A DNA stretch of 64,000 nucleotides from a virus: the IMG/VR virus record IMGVR_UViG_3300048999_000192, positions 1 to 64,000 of that record; one strand, given 5' to 3'. Under the pieces are notes generated by a model. It had not been told where the DNA came from and did not search any database. It saw only the letters and a list, made by a program, of their open reading frames with translations. The position numbers and the translations under genes are program-made. This document shows positions 1 through 7,057 of this stretch, piece after piece. Numbering within the stretch: position 1 is the first letter of the stretch; each line of letters starts with the position of its first letter.

Positions 1-126
1 GTCCGTACTTGCCCCAGCTAAGCTCCCGGAACCGGAGCGACCTCCGCGAAGGTGCAAGTACGGACGGTCCACGCTCCGGGTAACCCCCCGGAAACCCCAA
101 AGCCGTCCCGTCTCAAATGCACCTTG

Positions 127-200
127 TCTGGATAGCTGGATTCGAACCAGCAATCCCCTGCTCCCGAAGCAGGTGCCCTGCCAAATTAGGCCATATCCAG
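127..200 (-). tRNA. tRNA-Pro (CGG)
   Basis: Minus strand cloverleaf: acceptor CTGGATA/TATCCAG, anticodon arm CCTGC-TTCGGGA-GCAGG, T arm GCTGG-TTCGAAT-CCAGC; CCA not encoded. Confidence 0.93.
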
Positions 201-271
201 TTGTGAGGACGAGCTGTTCCACTCGGGGTGCACAACCCTCGTGGTCAAGCCAGGCGATATCAGCTCCCGGC

Positions 272-341
272 CACGCACTGCGGGACTCGAACCCACACCT
301 CCGGCAACGCCGGTGTTCTGCCGTAGAACTTAGCAACGCGC
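272..341 (-). ncRNA. tRNA-like RNA with collapsed anticodon loop
   Basis: D arm GTTC-TACGGCA-GAAC and T arm GTGGG-TTCGAGT-CCCGC, but anticodon arm is CCGGC-GTT-GCCGG (3-nt loop) and the acceptor stem is imperfect. Confidence 0.65.
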
Positions 342-350
342 TCATCCTCG

Positions 351-424
351 TCGTCCCAGGAGGAGTTGAACCTCCGACCTCCGCTTTATCAGAGCGGCGC
401 TCTCACCAACTGAGCTACAGGACG
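351..424 (-). tRNA. tRNA-Ile (GAT)
   Basis: CGTCCTG-TAGCTCAGTTGGTGAGAGC-G-CCGCT-CTGATAA-AGCGG...GGAGG-TTCAACT-CCTCC-TGGGACG-A. Confidence 0.93.
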
Positions 425-460
425 TTAGATGCTGACCGGTCACACCCGGCATCTCTCTCC

Positions 461-523
461 GGCCATGGGGTGCGAATCCCTGGGTCCATTCGAGGCTCTT
501 AACGAATTTGAGCTACAGCATCC
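461..523 (-). pseudogene. degenerate tRNA-like remnant
   Basis: D-arm-like TAGCTCAAATTCGTTAAGAGC and T-arm-like GGGATTCGCACCCC; no anticodon stem. Confidence 0.35.
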
Positions 524-614
524 ACCCGAGAGGACCATCGCGTCCCGTTGGTTCGCGGCCGACAGCGCGGGGTCCGTCTCGGAAGATTTTATTTTGTTGT
601 CAAGTCTAAAGGAT

Positions 615-731
615 CACCCGGGCAAGGAATCGAACCTGCTCCTCCAGTACCAACCGGCGGGCACCTTCGCGACGGTGGGTCCGCCGGTTCTGCGCAGTCG
701 GTCTGGCGATGCGTCCATACACCACCGGGGT
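615..731 (-). ncRNA. tRNA-like RNA with a long structured insertion in the anticodon arm
   Basis: Acceptor CCCGG/CCGGG, TGGTGTATGGACGCATC D arm, T arm GCAGG-TTCGATT-CCTTGC; CCAG/CTGG stem encloses about 55 nt including an AACCGGCGG/CCGCCGGTT helix. Confidence 0.7.
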
Positions 732-736
732 CCTCG

Positions 737-832
737 CCTCCAGCCGGGAATCGAACCCGGACCCGCCCGCGCGCCGCCGTTGGGTACGGCGTGGGAGGAC
801 TCGAACCTCCCGGTACGTGGCCTATCTGGAGT
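737..832 (-). ncRNA. tRNA-like RNA with two T-loop arms
   Basis: Closing stem CTCCAG/CTGGAG encloses GGGAGG-TTCGAGT-CCTCCC, GCCGT-ACCCA-ACGGC and CCGGG-TTCGATT-CCCGG. Confidence 0.65.
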
Positions 833-833
833 A

Positions 834-851
834 GGGGTACGCGCGTACCCC
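834..851. repeat. perfect 18-bp palindrome GGGGTACGCGCGTACCCC
   Basis: Self reverse-complementary; read directly from sequence. Confidence 0.9.
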
Positions 852-916
852 ACAGAATCACCGTTCGTCTCCGCCCTCTGCAGCGGGTGAGGAGCTCATC
901 CCGGATCTTCCTGCCG

Positions 917-989
917 TGGCACCGGGTGGGATCGAACCACCGGCCTCTCCCTTTTCAGGGGAGCGCTCTTCCTACTGAGCTACAGGGCC
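917..989 (-). tRNA. tRNA-Phe (GAA)
   Basis: GGCCCTG-TAGCTCAGTAGGAAGAGC-G-CTCCC-CTGAAAA-GGGAG...GGTGG-TTCGATC-CCACC; one acceptor mismatch. Confidence 0.93.
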
Positions 990-1099
990 ATCACGCGGGG
1001 CAAAGGACGCCTAGGATTCGCCCCGCGCTATTCCCCGCGTGTCTCCCAGGTCATCCGCCCTAAGGGCAGAGAGAGCCAGGCTCACATCTCGGGGACCAC

Positions 1100-1245
1100 T
1101 AGGTGGGAGGGTGGGCAGCCGGGTGAAGGTTCCAGCGCACCGCCCTGGGGGCTTCCTCCTGGTCAAGGCCTTCACACCTAGACCAGGCATACGTTCCCCC
1201 ACCACGAGATACCGGCGGCTGACGGCCGCTGGTCTCGGGCCCACT
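1100..1245 (-). ncRNA. candidate pseudoknotted structured RNA
   Basis: GTGGGC/GCCCAC closing stem, two long hairpins; hairpin loop GTGAAGG is complementary to downstream CCTTCAC. Confidence 0.5.
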
Positions 1246-1247
1246 CG

Positions 1248-1361
1248 CCGACACAGCAAGGCTCGAACTCGCTCCTCCGGCTGCGCGAACAACCGGTGTG
1301 CTGCCGTGAGTGGCTCCCATTCGCAAAAATCCCCGGCCACTCGCTGTTACACCATGCGTCG
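1248..1361 (-). ncRNA. tRNA-like RNA with a hairpin inserted in the D loop and an extended anticodon stem
   Basis: CGACGCA/TGTGTCG acceptor, GTGT/GCAC D stem with GAGTGGC/GCCACTC insert, CCGGTTG-TTCGCG-CAGCCGG arm, T arm GCGAG-TTCGAGC-CTTGC. Confidence 0.75.
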
Positions 1362-1417
1362 TTGGCGAGGCGACAGTTGCCGCCTCGCAATATGTGGATC
1401 ACGCTCTTGAGTTGTAA

Positions 1418-1540
1418 AGCCCTCCCCGGCGCGACCAGGGCTATCCGCTGTGGCATGACGTCTCCGGAGCCAGAGACCGATGGGTTGACCGGCGAACGTG
1501 CACCGTTGGCCCATCGCTGGGGCCATACCCCCGGAGGGGC
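1418..1540 (-). ncRNA. candidate multibranch structured RNA
   Basis: Nested helices GCCCCTCCGG/CCGGGGAGGGC, GTATGGC/GTCATGC, CGATGGG/CCCATCG, GTCTCTGG/CCGGAGAC. Confidence 0.45.
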
Positions 1541-1562
1541 AGAGGGTGTCCCAGGTCCTACG

Positions 1563-1633
1563 CAGGATCACCGGGGGTCGAACCCGGGCCAACAGCTTGA
1601 GGGGCTGCCGAGCTACCACTACTCCATGATCCC
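1563..1633 (-). tRNA. tRNA with CTC anticodon (Glu), atypical
   Basis: GGGATCA/TGATCCT acceptor, GCAGC-CCCTCAA-GCTGT anticodon arm (C at position 33), CCGGG-TTCGACC-CCCGG T arm. Confidence 0.8.
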
Positions 1634-1690
1634 TGGAGCCGGGCGGGCGGAGGATCTCGCCTCCGGAGATTCCCTAACCCGGCAAGCACG

Positions 1691-1720
1691 ACGCTACCAC
1701 AACTCCAGGGATCCTTGGTA
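1691..1720 (-). promoter_or_regulatory. probable promoter of the RNA cluster carrying the phage palindromic motif
   Basis: CCAAGGATCCCTGG motif followed by TGG-TAGCGT (-10-like) just upstream of the first tRNA. Confidence 0.5.
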
Positions 1721-1729
1721 GGGGGTTCT

Positions 1730-1804
1730 TCAGATGATCCCGAAAAGTCGCAGAAGCACCAGGATAACGACGATCACCAGGATGATCCACAGGATGCTGT
1801 ACAT
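1730..1804 (-). CDS. 24-aa single-TM peptide (MYSILWIILVIVVILVLLRLFGII)
   Basis: Not in ORF track; GGAG RBS, ATG to TGA, fully hydrophobic. Confidence 0.7.
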   Translation of the reverse strand: MYSILWIILVIVVILVLLRLFGII

Positions 1805-1820
1805 GCTCCAGGCCTACCCG

Positions 1821-2141
1821 TTAGGGCCCGCAGCATTCCCAGCCGCCCTCCTCGTCGGAGCGGATCATGTCCACGCCGCCGACGATCAGGTCCCCGCAGC
1901 GGGTGCACTCGCTGTCGTAGCTCGCGACGATCCACTTCGGCCGGTGGGTGCTGCGCAGGTGCTCCCGGGGGTCACGCTGCCCGGGGTGGCGCTGCCACTC
2001 GGCGCGGCTGTCGGGGTGGCCGCCGGTGGCGAAGGGGCTCGCCGGGCCCTCAGGGTGCGCGTACGGGGTCTTCCGCCCCAGACACTCCCCGCACTGCCCC
2101 GGCAGCATCTCGTGGACGCAGCGGGCTTCTGAGTCGCTCAT
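1821..2141 (-). CDS. Cys-rich hypothetical protein
   Basis: CxH..CxxC and CxxC motifs; ATGA overlap with upstream gene. Confidence 0.65.
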   Translation of the reverse strand: MSDSEARCVHEMLPGQCGECLGRKTPYAHPEGPASPFATGGHPDSRAEWQRHPGQRDPREHLRSTHRPKWIVASYDSECTRCGDLIVGGVDMIRSDEEGGWECCGP

Positions 2142-2293
2142 ATGACACCGATCCCATAGTCGATGGTCGTGATGAGGGTCATGAAGAACAACAGCGCGAG
2201 GAGGACGGGGCTCGCAGACGGCCGCCTGGCGGCTGCCCTGGCCGAGAACAGGAGCCCGGCCAGGGCGAGAGCGGCCACCAGGAGCAGGCTCAC
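2138..2293 (-). CDS. small two-TM membrane protein
   Basis: Not in ORF track; GTG start overlapping upstream stop, two hydrophobic segments. Confidence 0.55.
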   Translation of the reverse strand: MSLLLVAALALAGLLFSARAAARRPSASPVLLALLFFMTLITTIDYGIGVI

Positions 2294-3051
2294 TCGGCGT
2301 CGATACCCGCGTCGCGGAGCTGGCGCCGCAGGCGGCCGATGGTATTGCGGCCGTCGGCCAGGGCCTGCTCCAGGCCATCCTTCTCCGCCGTCAGCCGCCG
2401 GTTGGCGTTGCGTGCCTCGGTCAGCCCGTGATCCCGGCGCTCCAGCTCGGCCCGCAGGGCGGTGGCCTGCCCGAGGTGCTCGTTGTCCTCCTCGATCACC
2501 TGCCGGACGTAGACGATCGCGTCCAGCAGCTCCTCGTACAGGTCACGCAGGCTGTTGCGGCCGTTGAACGGCTGCAGGAAGGACCCGTACCGCTGGTACC
2601 CGACGCTCTTGCGGTTCAGCATGTCCACGACGACCAGGTCATGCATGCTGGGCCGGTCGTTCGGTACCGGCAGCGGCTGGTCGCCCTCACGCGGCTGCTC
2701 GGGCTCGATCAGCTTGCCGGTGTCCCAGTCGCGCAGGCGGCGGTCGACCAGGTCCGAGAAGCGCTCCTCGACCACGTCCCAGCGCGGCAGGCCGGGGCAC
2801 AGGTAGATGTCCTCGGCTGAGCCGCCCTCGATCAGCCAGCGGTGCCAGCCGTGCTTGGCGTCACGCTCGCAGATCATCTCCGGGTACTGCTCCCGGTAGC
2901 GCTCAGGCGGCGAGCTGAGCACGATCTTGGTGTATCCGGGGCAGTGCGCCCGGCCGTGCCCGAAGGGGCGATCGAAGAAGTGTCCCTCGTGGGTCTCCTC
3001 CTCACTCCACTTCGGGCACGGCTCCTCGCCGATCTCTTCGTTGCTGCTCAC
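2290..3051 (-). CDS. protein with all-alpha NTP pyrophosphohydrolase (MazG-like) segment and coiled-coil tail
   Basis: RKSVGYQRYG...RNSLRDLYEELLDAIVY acidic helix motif. Confidence 0.55.
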   Translation of the reverse strand: MSSNEEIGEEPCPKWSEEETHEGHFFDRPFGHGRAHCPGYTKIVLSSPPERYREQYPEMICERDAKHGWHRWLIEGGSAEDIYLCPGLPRWDVVEERFSDLVDRRLRDWDTGKLIEPEQPREGDQPLPVPNDRPSMHDLVVVDMLNRKSVGYQRYGSFLQPFNGRNSLRDLYEELLDAIVYVRQVIEEDNEHLGQATALRAELERRDHGLTEARNANRRLTAEKDGLEQALADGRNTIGRLRRQLRDAGIDAE

Positions 3052-3237
3052 GCTGGATCTCCTGTGGTCGTTTCGGGCGGGGAGTGACGACGGACGCGTT
3101 GCCGTCGAGGATGCGGGCGGACAGGCGGGCCTGCCGGGCGCCTTCGAGGTCGCCTCTCGCCTTGCGCTGCCGGGCGATCTGGTACCACATATCCCTTATC
3201 GCCCGGCGGCCGTGGGGGTGGTCCGGGGCCCAGGACA

Positions 3238-3615
3238 TCAGTGCTTGGCGGCTTTCTTGGAGCCCTTCTTGCGCTCCTCCTCGACCTGGACGGCGATCAT
3301 GCGCAGCGCGTCGGCGTTCGGGTCGGTGATGCCGCCGTGCTCGCTGATCGCCAGCGCCCCTCCGAGGATGGCGTCCTCCAGCAGCCTGATCCGCTCGGCG
3401 TCATTGCGCGCCTGGGCGTTGCACTCGCGCACCTCGTGCTCGGCCTCCTCCAGCCGACCGGCGAGCTGGGAGTGCATGTCCTTCACGGCCGGGTAGCCGG
3501 TCGGGTAGTCGATCCCGTACTCGACCAGGAACTCATTGATCCGGTCGAGCTCCTCCAGCGCCTCCTGAATGCCCGTCAGGGCCTGCGCTGGGGTGAAGTT
3601 CACGCTGATCTTCAC
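3238..3615 (-). CDS. coiled-coil hypothetical protein
   Basis: Phage-like codon usage, translational coupling. Confidence 0.7.
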   Translation of the reverse strand: MKISVNFTPAQALTGIQEALEELDRINEFLVEYGIDYPTGYPAVKDMHSQLAGRLEEAEHEVRECNAQARNDAERIRLLEDAILGGALAISEHGGITDPNADALRMIAVQVEEERKKGSKKAAKH

Positions 3616-3956
3616 GTGCCGCTCCCGTTGGGGTTCGGGGCACCGGGGAGGATGCCCTTGTTGACGTCGTCGACCAGCTTGGCCTTCTCGGCCCGCATGC
3701 CGGTCAGGGTCATCTGGATCTGCTTGTCGATCTCCTCCGGCCGGGGCAGCGGGTGGCCGAACATGATCGGGGCCATCATCCGCTCGTCCAGCGCCAGGCC
3801 ACGGATGGTCAGCAGGGCGACGAGGGAGACCGCCATCCCCTGCGGGGTCGGCAGGAGCTGCATCCAGCAGTCGTACTGGACGTCCTCGCCGAGGGAGTTG
3901 CGGGCGACGGCGTCCGCGACGACGGCGCGGGCACCGTCAGTGATCGTCGGCTGCAT
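3612..3956 (-). CDS. hypothetical protein
   Basis: AAGGA RBS, coupled to neighbours. Confidence 0.7.
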   Translation of the reverse strand: MQPTITDGARAVVADAVARNSLGEDVQYDCWMQLLPTPQGMAVSLVALLTIRGLALDERMMAPIMFGHPLPRPEEIDKQIQMTLTGMRAEKAKLVDDVNKGILPGAPNPNGSGT

Positions 3957-4191
3957 CGGATTCCTTCTTCCAGGATTGAATGGGCTGCGGGACCGCGAGG
4001 ATCTGGGCGTCCTCCTCGGTCGCCTCGCCCTTGATGACCCGGGCGAACCGGGAATAGGCGTCCATGACCGGAATCCACTTGTGGCACTGGTCGGACGTCT
4101 TGTTGGCGGCGGCCTCGGTGAGGACCGTCATGCCCTCGATCAGGGCCTGGTCGATCGCGTCGGCCTCGTAGCCGCCAGGGAGGGTTTTCAC
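3937..4191 (-). CDS. hypothetical protein
   Basis: GTGA overlap with helicase stop. Confidence 0.65.
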   Translation of the reverse strand: MKTLPGGYEADAIDQALIEGMTVLTEAAANKTSDQCHKWIPVMDAYSRFARVIKGEATEEDAQILAVPQPIQSWKKESDAADDH

Positions 4192-5762
4192 TTGGACCTC
4201 TTCCGGGAGATGGAGAACATCAGGCGGCGGTCGGCGGCCGTGAGGAAGGCCTCCTCGTCGGCCACGTCGTCACCTAGGAGTGCGTCCTGGACAGCGTTGC
4301 GGGCCAGCATGTTGTCGACGATCTGGCGCTCGACGGTGCCGGTCAGGACGAAGGTCATGCAGTGCACGCAGGCGGCCTCGGAGTCGATCCGGTGGATCCG
4401 GTTCATCCGCTGGATCCGCTTGGAGTGCGTCAGGCCACTCTCGTACTCCACCACGTAGGTGGCCTCGGGGACGTTGATCCCGCGCGCCCCGGCGTCGGAG
4501 GTGAGCAGCACGGCTGGCTCGTCGGACTCGCGGAACGCCTGGATCGTCTTGTGCTGTTCGACGGCGGACAGCCCGCCGTGATTGAGGAAGAACGGCAGGC
4601 CCGCCTGCTCCAGATCCTGGCGCAGCGCGTGCAGCACCGACTGGCCGAAGTAGGTGAAGACCATCGCCTTGGCCCCCTGGCCCAGCACGAGGGGCTTGAG
4701 GTACTCCAGGAGCGCCTCGGACTTGGCGCTGGGCACCTGGCCCAGGTACTGGGCTCCCAGGCCCGCCACGAGCTCCTGGGCGAGCTCTGAGCGTCCCCAG
4801 AGCAGGGAGGCCGGGTGACCGGCGATCTGGCGCAGGATCATCCACAGGCCGGGCACGTCCTGCAGGTCCCCCTCGTCGTCCCAGGCGAGCCCTTCCACGA
4901 GCTGGTAGAGCTTCTTCTCCTCCGGCCGCATGTCGACGTTGCGGACCTCTTCGACCTGCTGGGGGAACTCGGCGATCACGTCGGGGTCGGTCTTGCGCTT
5001 GCGGATGATCATCGGGGCGCACAGCTCGGCGAACTCCGGGATGTAGCTCCGGTTCCAGATCGGCGCGCGGGCGACCACCCGGTTGCCCTTCTTGATCTCC
5101 CGCCAGGCCTTGATCGCGTTCTTCTCGAACTCCCCGACCGTCGGCATCAGCTTGGGGGCGATCAGCCGGAACTGGTTGAACGCGGTCTCGATGTCGCGCT
5201 CGACGGGGGTGGCCGTCAGCCCGTACACACGCAGCCCGGGGTTCTTCTTCCGGAGCTGCTTGAGCAGGTAGGCGTGGTTCTTGTAGAGCTGGGAGGAGCG
5301 GTTGCCCAGCTTGGTGCACTCGTCGTAGATCACCATCACCCGGCGGCCCGCCAGCCACTCCAGGAAGGGTCCCTCGGCCAGGGTCTTGCCCCGGCCGGAG
5401 GGGCCGGTCACCGTGACGGCGCAGTCGTTGCGCGCGGTCTCGTAGGTGGTGATGACCACGTCGGCCCCGGCGGCGTCCAGCTTCTTGGCCCGCGTCGGCC
5501 CGTGGTAGACGTACGGCGTCAGGGTGGTGTACTTCGCGAAGTCCTCGGCCCACTCGTGGATCTTGTTCTTCTCGGCCACCAGCAGGACCAGGTCGACGTC
5601 CTCGAACTCGAACGAGAGCCCGCCGATCCCCATGGCCGCGTGCGACTTGCCCATGCCGGTGTCCCAGATGAAGGCGGCGCGCTCCAGCAGGTAGCCGTAG
5701 GCGATGCCGTCGACCTGGAATTCATAGACCCGGTCGGACCGGTAGACGGGCTTTTCAGGCAC
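4188..5762 (-). CDS. SNF2-family (SF2) helicase
   Basis: DTGMGKS (motif I), IYDEC (II), LTATP (III), GARGIN (V), QRMNRIHRI (VI). Confidence 0.92.
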   Translation of the reverse strand: MPEKPVYRSDRVYEFQVDGIAYGYLLERAAFIWDTGMGKSHAAMGIGGLSFEFEDVDLVLLVAEKNKIHEWAEDFAKYTTLTPYVYHGPTRAKKLDAAGADVVITTYETARNDCAVTVTGPSGRGKTLAEGPFLEWLAGRRVMVIYDECTKLGNRSSQLYKNHAYLLKQLRKKNPGLRVYGLTATPVERDIETAFNQFRLIAPKLMPTVGEFEKNAIKAWREIKKGNRVVARAPIWNRSYIPEFAELCAPMIIRKRKTDPDVIAEFPQQVEEVRNVDMRPEEKKLYQLVEGLAWDDEGDLQDVPGLWMILRQIAGHPASLLWGRSELAQELVAGLGAQYLGQVPSAKSEALLEYLKPLVLGQGAKAMVFTYFGQSVLHALRQDLEQAGLPFFLNHGGLSAVEQHKTIQAFRESDEPAVLLTSDAGARGINVPEATYVVEYESGLTHSKRIQRMNRIHRIDSEAACVHCMTFVLTGTVERQIVDNMLARNAVQDALLGDDVADEEAFLTAADRRLMFSISRKRSK

Positions 5763-6039
5763 GCTCGATCACGACCACGATGCGGTAAACGCCGCACTCG
5801 CCCATCTGCTCCCGGGCGATCAGGGTGTCCCCGGCGATCACCATCAGCGGCGGTTCCATCGGCATGTCGTACGGGCGGATGAGTATCGCGGGCTCCGAGC
5901 CCTCCACCATTATCTTGCCGAAGACGTCGTGGGTGCGCGGCGGGAAGGCAATGGCGGAGGCGTAATGGTGATCCTTCAGCCAGTCCACGCAGTCCTGCAT
6001 CTCGGCCGTCGGGTGTACCTCGAAACGCTCTTCGCTCAT
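5755..6039 (-). CDS. hypothetical protein
   Basis: Coupled ORF, typical codon usage. Confidence 0.65.
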   Translation of the reverse strand: MSEERFEVHPTAEMQDCVDWLKDHHYASAIAFPPRTHDVFGKIMVEGSEPAILIRPYDMPMEPPLMVIAGDTLIAREQMGECGVYRIVVVIERA

Positions 6040-6338
6040 GCCGGAATCGCTCCCATGTCGTAGAGCTTCTGCAGGCTGATGGGCAGCTCGCCGAGGTCGA
6101 GGTCCTCCATGCTGATCTCGAAGACGAACACCGCCTCCACCGGCTCGCCCTTCTTGTGGACGGCGTCCAGGACATGCCAGTCGCCGAGCATGTGCTGCTG
6201 CAGGACCATTTCGTCGTCCAGATACAGCCCGGACCAGTCATCGTCGTGAATCAGGACTGCGATCACGGGGATCCAATCTTCGGGGGAATGAAGGCCAGGC
6301 CCGTATCTCCCCCACGGGATACGGGCCTGGCTGGTCAA
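6036..6338 (-). CDS. hypothetical protein
   Basis: TTG start overlapping upstream stop; start uncertain. Confidence 0.55.
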   Translation of the reverse strand: MTSQARIPWGRYGPGLHSPEDWIPVIAVLIHDDDWSGLYLDDEMVLQQHMLGDWHVLDAVHKKGEPVEAVFVFEISMEDLDLGELPISLQKLYDMGAIPA

Positions 6339-6676
6339 GCGGCGACGGGCTCCAGCCCCAGCTCCCACTCGAAGAGCGAATGGCCGGGGGGCAGGTGAAC
6401 ACGCTGGCTGGAAACCAGCTCGTGATCCCTGACCGTCATCAGGTCGACAGAAACGTCCCCGTATCCGGGCGAGCAGAGCTCGGCACGGAACACCACGCGC
6501 TGATTCTGGGGGTCGACCCGGCGCTCTGCCGGAATCCCCCGGTAGAAGTTCACGGTGCCGTCGGCGTGGACATCGCCCACGCGGAAGGCCCAGGGGCCCT
6601 CATCGTGCAGGGCCCGCTCCAGGGCCCGCAGGCGGGCCATGCGCTGGCTGATGACCAGCTCGAACTCGGCGGGCAT
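6335..6676 (-). CDS. hypothetical protein
   Basis: GAGG RBS, preceded by a promoter-motif copy at 6694-6718. Confidence 0.7.
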   Translation of the reverse strand: MPAEFELVISQRMARLRALERALHDEGPWAFRVGDVHADGTVNFYRGIPAERRVDPQNQRVVFRAELCSPGYGDVSVDLMTVRDHELVSSQRVHLPPGHSLFEWELGLEPVAA

Positions 6677-6757
6677 GATGGCTTCCTCGGTGGTCTCTAC
6701 CAACGTTTCTAGGAGAAGCGTACAGGACTACCGTGGATATGCCCAGATGAATGGGGG

Positions 6758-7057
6758 TCAGTGCAGGTCGTCGATCAGATCGTCGAGCTGAACCAGCGCC
6801 TGGAGGTTGTTTCCGCCGGAGAACAGATCCCGGATCCGGCGCAGGCGTGCCAGCGCGTTCTCGTTCGGCACGACCTCCTGTTCGCCGGACATCGGCGTCA
6901 GGAGGTACTCCTCCAGCTTGAAGCCGGGGGACAGCGGGGTCTGGGTGTAGGACCCGACCTGATACGTCCGGCGGATCCCGTCACCGAAGGTGAAGCCGAT
7001 GCGCTCGACCGGCCCGAGCGGCATGCTCTGGTCGCCGCTCTGGATCGTGACCTTCAT
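6758..7057 (-). CDS. hypothetical protein
   Basis: AGGAG RBS. Confidence 0.65.
   Translation of the reverse strand: MKVTIQSGDQSMPLGPVERIGFTFGDGIRRTYQVGSYTQTPLSPGFKLEEYLLTPMSGEQEVVPNENALARLRRIRDLFSGGNNLQALVQLDDLIDDLH

Noticed and set aside
993-1245. Possible RNase P RNA or tmRNA (GAGGAAG...ACCCGGCT words, pseudoknot)
   Set aside because: Too short, P4 consensus incomplete, and no tag ORF or tmRNA ends visible; kept only as an unassigned structured RNA
1688-1715. Apparent duplicate of the 5' half of the CTC tRNA
   Set aside because: The similarity is largely explained by the recurring promoter dyad and -10 box
173-1721. ORF-track ORFs across the RNA cluster
   Set aside because: They overlap tRNAs, lack RBSs and have low-complexity R/P/G translations
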